In this document: one piece after another, positions 30,191 to 34,457 of the stretch
Layout of the letters: every line of letters starts with the position of its first letter
Numbering within the stretch: position 1 is the first letter of the stretch
From: a virus
Taxonomy: Duplodnaviria > Heunggongvirae > Uroviricota > Caudoviricetes
Length of the DNA: 34,457 bases
IMG/VR virus record: IMGVR_UViG_2908572912_000001
Coordinates: 1-34,457 of that record
Strand: one strand, 5' to 3'
Notes under the pieces: generated by a model
What the model saw: only the letters and a program-made list of their open reading frames with translations
Told to the model about the DNA's origin: nothing
Database searches by the model: none
Made by a program: the position numbers and the translations under genes

Positions 30191-30740
30191 TTTCACCGGA
30201 AGCAATACTCCTGCCGAACATCGCGACAGCTGGCGCACACCACCAGAGATTTTTGCTGCGCTTAATGCAGAGTTCGTTTTTCAACTTGATGCTGCCGCCA
30301 GCGAAAAAAACCGACTATGTCGGCTTTTTATCTCACAGGAGCAGAACACATTAACCACTTCATGGCCTGAAGCAATGGGATATGCCTCTGGTTATGTCTG
30401 GTTGAATCCACCATACAGCAATATTTCCCCTTTTGTGAAAAAGGCAGCCACTGAAAACAAATTCAGTAGTGTGGGATGTGTAATGTTATTGCCTGCTGAC
30501 ACATCTGTCGGATGGTTTCATGAAGCGATACAAACCGCCAGTGAGGTCAGATTCATCACGGCAGGACGACTGGCATTTATTAACCCACTCACTGAGAAAC
30601 CCGTCAGTGGAAATAATAAAGGCTCGATGCTCATTATCTGGCACCCATACCCCCGTACACACTGCCACTTTACGACCGTTGATCGTGGAGAGTTGATGGC
30701 GTTCGGCTCAAGGATTCTTGCCCGTCGGGAGGCTGCATGA
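30183..30740 (+). CDS. Phage-type orphan DNA N6-adenine methyltransferase (small Dam-like, NPPY motif)
   Basis: 185 aa with motif YVWLNPPYSN (motif IV of amino-methyltransferases) and an upstream FVFQLDAAAS motif-I-like region. Confidence 0.75.
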   Translation: MTDFTGSNTPAEHRDSWRTPPEIFAALNAEFVFQLDAAASEKNRLCRLFISQEQNTLTTSWPEAMGYASGYVWLNPPYSNISPFVKKAATENKFSSVGCVMLLPADTSVGWFHEAIQTASEVRFITAGRLAFINPLTEKPVSGNNKGSMLIIWHPYPRTHCHFTTVDRGELMAFGSRILARREAA

Positions 30741-30820
30741 CAACCACTGAATGCATTTTTCTGGCAGCGGGCTTCATATTCTGTGTGCTTATGCTTGCCG
30801 ACATGGGACTTGTTCAATGA
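30737..30820 (+). CDS. Possible 27-aa hydrophobic peptide (MTTTECIFLAAGFIFCVLMLADMGLVQ), overlapping neighbours by ATGA at both ends
   Basis: Hand translation; single predicted TM helix; coding status unproven. Confidence 0.3.
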   Translation: MTTTECIFLAAGFIFCVLMLADMGLVQ

Positions 30821-31032
30821 CACCTCAGCAAGAAAACGCCCTTCGCAGTATTGCCCGTCAGGCTAATTCTGAAATCAAAAAAGCCAGACAGCAGTTTCCG
30901 GATAAAAACGTCGATGACATTTGCCGTAGCGTACTGAAGAAGCACCGCGAAACGGTAACGCTGATGGGATTCACACCGACTCACTTAAGTCTGGCAATCG
31001 GCATGTTAAACGGCGTCTTTAAGGAACGGTGA
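30817..31032 (+). CDS. Hypothetical protein (71 aa)
   Basis: ORF with ATGA coupling; track alt-start at 30751. Confidence 0.45.
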   Translation: MTPQQENALRSIARQANSEIKKARQQFPDKNVDDICRSVLKKHRETVTLMGFTPTHLSLAIGMLNGVFKER

Positions 31033-31052
31033 ACATGAAAAGCAAAATCATC

Positions 31053-31078
31053 AGGGAGCTACAGGCTCCTTTTTTATT
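31053..31078 (+). terminator. Rho-independent terminator (ggagc tacag gctcc + ttttttatt)
   Basis: GC stem and T-run. Confidence 0.5.
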
Positions 31079-31130
31079 ATTCGCATTCACCCTCAAGCGT
31101 ATTAACCAACAATTCAGGGATTAATGGAAG

Positions 31131-31349
31131 ATGGCAGACATCATTGATTCAGCATCAGAAATCGAAGAATTACAGCGCAATACAGCAATAAAAATGCGTC
31201 GTCTGAACTACCAGACTGTATCTGCCACTCATTGTTGTGAGTGTGGCGATCCGATAGATGAGCGAAGACGCCTGGTCGTTCAGGGTTGTCGGACTTGTGC
31301 AAGTTGCCAGGAGGAGATCGAACTTAAGAACAAACAATGGGGATTGTGA
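31131..31349 (+). CDS. TraR/DksA-family C4 zinc-finger protein
   Basis: 72 aa with CxxC...(17)...CxxC (CCECGDPIDERRRLVVQGCRTCASC). Confidence 0.75.
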   Translation: MADIIDSASEIEELQRNTAIKMRRLNYQTVSATHCCECGDPIDERRRLVVQGCRTCASCQEEIELKNKQWGL

Positions 31350-31396
31350 TGGCCTCAAAGCAGCAAATTTCAACATCGTCCAACTGAGGTGTAAAA

Positions 31397-31636
31397 ATGT
31401 TCAGAATCATTTTTCCTAACACCTGGTACGTCGACCACCACGGCACTCCCTGCAAAATCCTGCGTTCTACCCACAACAAAGTTCACTACATCCGAAAAGG
31501 CAGAACATGTATCGCCAGCATGTTCCGCTTTAATCATGACTTTGAACCTGTGAATAAAGCTGATGCAGATCGAATAGCAGAAGAGATCGAAACGGCAGAA
31601 CACATTAAGAAGTTACGTGCCATACGCAGAAAATAG
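31397..31636 (+). CDS. Hypothetical phage protein (79 aa)
   Basis: ORF only. Confidence 0.45.
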   Translation: MFRIIFPNTWYVDHHGTPCKILRSTHNKVHYIRKGRTCIASMFRFNHDFEPVNKADADRIAEEIETAEHIKKLRAIRRK

Positions 31637-31713
31637 AAAAATTGATAAATTCAATACTGCATTTCTCAGCATGAACCGCCCCGGGTTTCCTGGAGAGTGT
31701 TTTATCTGTGAAC

Positions 31714-32604
31714 TCAGGCTGCCAGATCATCGTTTCCGATGGAAGCATAATAAGCTTTTTCTGCTTCTGCCGGAGGAGTATGGCCCAGCCTTTCCAGCAA
31801 TCGTCGATTGTTATACCAGTCCACCCACGTGAGTGTGGCCAGTTCCACTTCTGCACGGTTTTTCCAGCTCTTACGGTGTATTACCTCCGCTTTGTAAAGG
31901 CCATTGATGCTCTCCGCCATCGCGTTGTCATACGAGTCGCCTGTACTTCCTGTTGATGCCAGTAATCCGGCTTCCTTAAGCCGCTGTGTGTAGGCCAGCG
32001 ATACATACTGAGAACCTTTATCACTGTGATGGACTGTGCCGGACGGTCGACGGGCCCATAACGCCTGCTCCAGAGCATCCAGCACAAATGTCGTTTCCAT
32101 AGACGATGAGACCCGCCACCCCACGATGTATCCGGCAAACACATCAATGATGAACGCCACATAGACGACCCCCTGCCATGTGCTGACGTAAGTAAAATCA
32201 GCCACCCACAACTGGTCAGGACGTTCTGCCACGAACTGACGGTTTACGCGGTCGCCTGCGACAACGGCTTTCCGGCTGATGGTCGTACGGACCTTTTTAC
32301 CCCGGAGAACACCGGCAAGTCCCATAACCGCCATGAGACGTGCCACAGTGCATCTGGCCACTCTGATACCTTCCCGTAACAACTGACGCCAGACTTTACG
32401 CACACCGTATACCTTGTGATTTTCATCGTATACGCGCTGTATCTCTTTCTTCAGCCAGTCATCGCGCTGCGCACGGGCACTGCGTTTATCCGGATGATGT
32501 CGCTGTTGCTGACAGTGGTAATACGTTGACGGGGCAATATGCAGTTCGCTGCATAGCGGTCCGACCCCGTACTGCTCACGCAGCTTATCCAGCAGTGGCA
32601 TCAT
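31714..32604 (-). CDS. IS629-like transposase OrfB (DDE)
   Basis: 296 aa with DDE integrase-core motifs ([19 protein letters not shown]). Confidence 0.9.
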   Translation of the reverse strand: MMPLLDKLREQYGVGPLCSELHIAPSTYYHCQQQRHHPDKRSARAQRDDWLKKEIQRVYDENHKVYGVRKVWRQLLREGIRVARCTVARLMAVMGLAGVLRGKKVRTTISRKAVVAGDRVNRQFVAERPDQLWVADFTYVSTWQGVVYVAFIIDVFAGYIVGWRVSSSMETTFVLDALEQALWARRPSGTVHHSDKGSQYVSLAYTQRLKEAGLLASTGSTGDSYDNAMAESINGLYKAEVIHRKSWKNRAEVELATLTWVDWYNNRRLLERLGHTPPAEAEKAYYASIGNDDLAA

Positions 32605-32927
32605 TTTTTCCAGAGGCGGTCGAACTCCGCCTTCGCAAAATAAGCGGAAGCCTGGCGAAGGATATCGTTACTGCGGCGCAGTTCACGATTTTCACGTTCC
32701 AGCTCTTTCAGACGCTGACGTTCAGCGGTGGTGAGCCCGCCATCACCGCCTCCGGTATCCCGCTCATGCTGGCGTACCCAGACACGCAGAGTCTCCGGTG
32801 TACAGCCAATCTTTGGGGCAATGGAACAAATTGCCGCCCACTGTGAGTCATATTCGCCCTGACTTTCCAGAACCATACGAATCGCCCTCTGACGGACTTC
32901 GGGGGAAAAACGAGTATTTTTAGTCAT
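32601..32927 (-). CDS. IS629-like transposase OrfA
   Basis: [57 protein letters not shown]... as remembered for IS629/IS1203 OrfA. Confidence 0.9.
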   Translation of the reverse strand: MTKNTRFSPEVRQRAIRMVLESQGEYDSQWAAICSIAPKIGCTPETLRVWVRQHERDTGGGDGGLTTAERQRLKELERENRELRRSNDILRQASAYFAKAEFDRLWKK

Positions 32928-33088
32928 CCTGTTTACCTCTTTCTCAGGGAGTTTAGTCTCCAGGATTCCCGGGGCGGTTCAGCATTAAATTTATCTCTAT
33001 GACCAGTCAAGAGATGTACCTGCCATGAGCTTAATATCATGTCAGATATATCGGTCACAAACTCCCTCAGCAGCTAAGAGGAGGACAA

Positions 33089-33325
33089 ATGTCTCGACTA
33101 ATCACTTTACAGGACTGGGCTAAAGAAGAATTTGGGGACTTAGCACCAAGTGAGCGAGTTCTGAAAAAATACGCGCAAGGGAAAATGATGGCCCCACCCG
33201 CTATAAAAGTTGGTCGCTACTGGATGATTGACCGAAATTCCCGTTTTGTAGGAACGCTTGCAGAACCGCAACTCCCAATAAACGCAAACCCAAAACTCCA
33301 ACGGATAATCGCTGATGGCTGCTAG
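33089..33325 (+). CDS. xis: Excisionase-like protein (Xis) overlapping the integrase start
   Basis: 78-aa ORF immediately upstream of and overlapping int; name from position. Confidence 0.65.
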   Translation: MSRLITLQDWAKEEFGDLAPSERVLKKYAQGKMMAPPAIKVGRYWMIDRNSRFVGTLAEPQLPINANPKLQRIIADGC

Positions 33326-34457
33326 ACCCCGATCTCACAAAATCTCTATACCCAATTTATATTGCAAATTAGATAAGCGAACCGGAAAGGTATATTGGCA
33401 ATACAAACATCCACTATCCGGTCGTTTTCATAGCTTAGGAACTGATGAGAATGAAGCAAAACAAGTTGCTACTGAAGCAAATACCATTATTGCTGAACAA
33501 CGTACCCGACAAATATTAAGCGTCAATGAGCGTCTGGAAAGAATGAAAGGCAGGCGCTCAGACATTACGGTGACAGAATGGCTTGATAAATATATTTCTA
33601 TCCAGGAGGACAGGCTGCAACATAATGAACTAAGACCCAACTCCTATCGGCAAAAAGGCAAACCCATTCGTCTTTTCCGTGAGCATTGTGGAATGCAACA
33701 CCTCAAGGATATTACCGCACTTGATATTGCCGAAATAATTGATGCTGTAAAGGCTGAAGGTCATAACAGGATGGCGCAAGTCGTGAGAATGGTGTTGATC
33801 GACGTCTTCAAAGAAGCACAACACGCAGGACATGTTCCGCCAGGATTTAACCCAGCGCAGGCAACAAAACAACCGCGAAATCGAGTAAACCGCCAAAGAT
33901 TGTCACTGCCCGAATGGCAGGCAATATTTGAAAGCGTAAGCAGACGGCAGCCCTATTTAAAATGCGGCATGCTACTTGCTCTTGTTACTGGACAACGTTT
34001 AGGCGATATCTGCAATTTGAAATTCTCTGATATATGGGACGACATGTTGCACATTACTCAGGAAAAAACCGGTTCAAAACTTGCTATTCCGCTTAACCTG
34101 AAATGCGATGCTCTGAATATTACCCTTCGTGAAGTTATATCTCAGTGCAGGGATGCTGTTGTTAGTAAATATCTGGTCCATTACCGTCACACTACCTCTC
34201 AAGCAAACAGAGGAGACCAGGTTTCTGCAAATACTCTGACAACGGCTTTTAAAAAGGCCCGGGAAAAATGTGGCATAAAATGGGAGCAAGGAACTGCGCC
34301 CACATTTCATGAGCAGCGATCTCTGTCAGAACGGTTATATCGGGAACAGGGTCTGGATACGCAAAAATTGTTAGGCCATAAATCCAGAAAAATGACCGAC
34401 CGATACAATGATGATCGTGGTAAAGACTGGATTATCGTAGATATCAAAACAGCATAG
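33315..34457 (+). CDS. int: Tyrosine integrase (e14 IntE / phage 21 type, icd-site specific family); stop codon is the last three bases of the window
   Basis: 380 aa; C-terminal catalytic region ...HEQRSLSERLYREQGLDTQKLLGHKSRKMTDRY (R..H.R..Y pattern); similarity to IntE recalled from memory. Confidence 0.9.
   Translation: MAARPRSHKISIPNLYCKLDKRTGKVYWQYKHPLSGRFHSLGTDENEAKQVATEANTIIAEQRTRQILSVNERLERMKGRRSDITVTEWLDKYISIQEDRLQHNELRPNSYRQKGKPIRLFREHCGMQHLKDITALDIAEIIDAVKAEGHNRMAQVVRMVLIDVFKEAQHAGHVPPGFNPAQATKQPRNRVNRQRLSLPEWQAIFESVSRRQPYLKCGMLLALVTGQRLGDICNLKFSDIWDDMLHITQEKTGSKLAIPLNLKCDALNITLREVISQCRDAVVSKYLVHYRHTTSQANRGDQVSANTLTTAFKKAREKCGIKWEQGTAPTFHEQRSLSERLYREQGLDTQKLLGHKSRKMTDRYNDDRGKDWIIVDIKTA

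Larger units (their letters stand above)
31672..32981 (-). mobile_element. IS629/IS1203-like IS3-family element, 1310 bp, flanked by a 3-bp direct repeat GCA
   Basis: Terminal inverted repeats TGAACCGCCCCGGG at both ends; orfA + orfB; gca immediately outside each end. Confidence 0.85.

Overview
This window is an E. coli-type chromosomal region dominated by a defective, mosaic lambdoid prophage sitting at the icd (isocitrate dehydrogenase) attachment site. No BLAST or HMM search was run; all homology calls are from reading the ORF translations and from memory of lambda, DLP12, phage 21 and e14 proteins. Host flank (1-3900): ariR and ymgA, a ycgZ 3' remnant cut by a complete IS3 (no target duplication), ycgX, iraM, then a 165-bp displaced icd 3' end (icdC) that marks the prophage junction. 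Prophage (about 3900 to the window end, minus strand = lambda rightward): a McrBC-like type IV restriction pair, a pin invertase remnant, an AT-rich membrane acyltransferase, frameshifted lom, a J tail-fibre C-terminal fragment fused by deletion to a 3'-truncated nu1, an intact cos site, ylcI-like orf, bor, Rz/Rz1, SAR endolysin, pinholin, nmpC porin, Q, ylcG, rusA, ybcO, ninE, ybcN, a Roi/Bro-N module, truncated ren, a P gene with disrupted 5' end and no O gene, and a cro-like/cI immunity region. On the plus strand (lambda leftward): a cassette in the rexAB position, gam-bet-exo, an orphan N6-adenine methyltransferase, small ORFs, an IS629-like element with a 3-bp duplication, xis and a tyrosine integrase ending at the last base. 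The strongest candidates for unexplored biology are three AT-rich cargo islands at classical moron/defence hotspots: (1) a NACHT/STAND NTPase inserted into ren; (2) an HTH-ImmA/IrrE metallopeptidase translationally coupled to a DUF4411 PIN-like gene that carries an in-frame TAA; (3) the McrB homologue with an unusually long N-terminal domain. No CRISPR array, rRNA or intact tRNA was seen.
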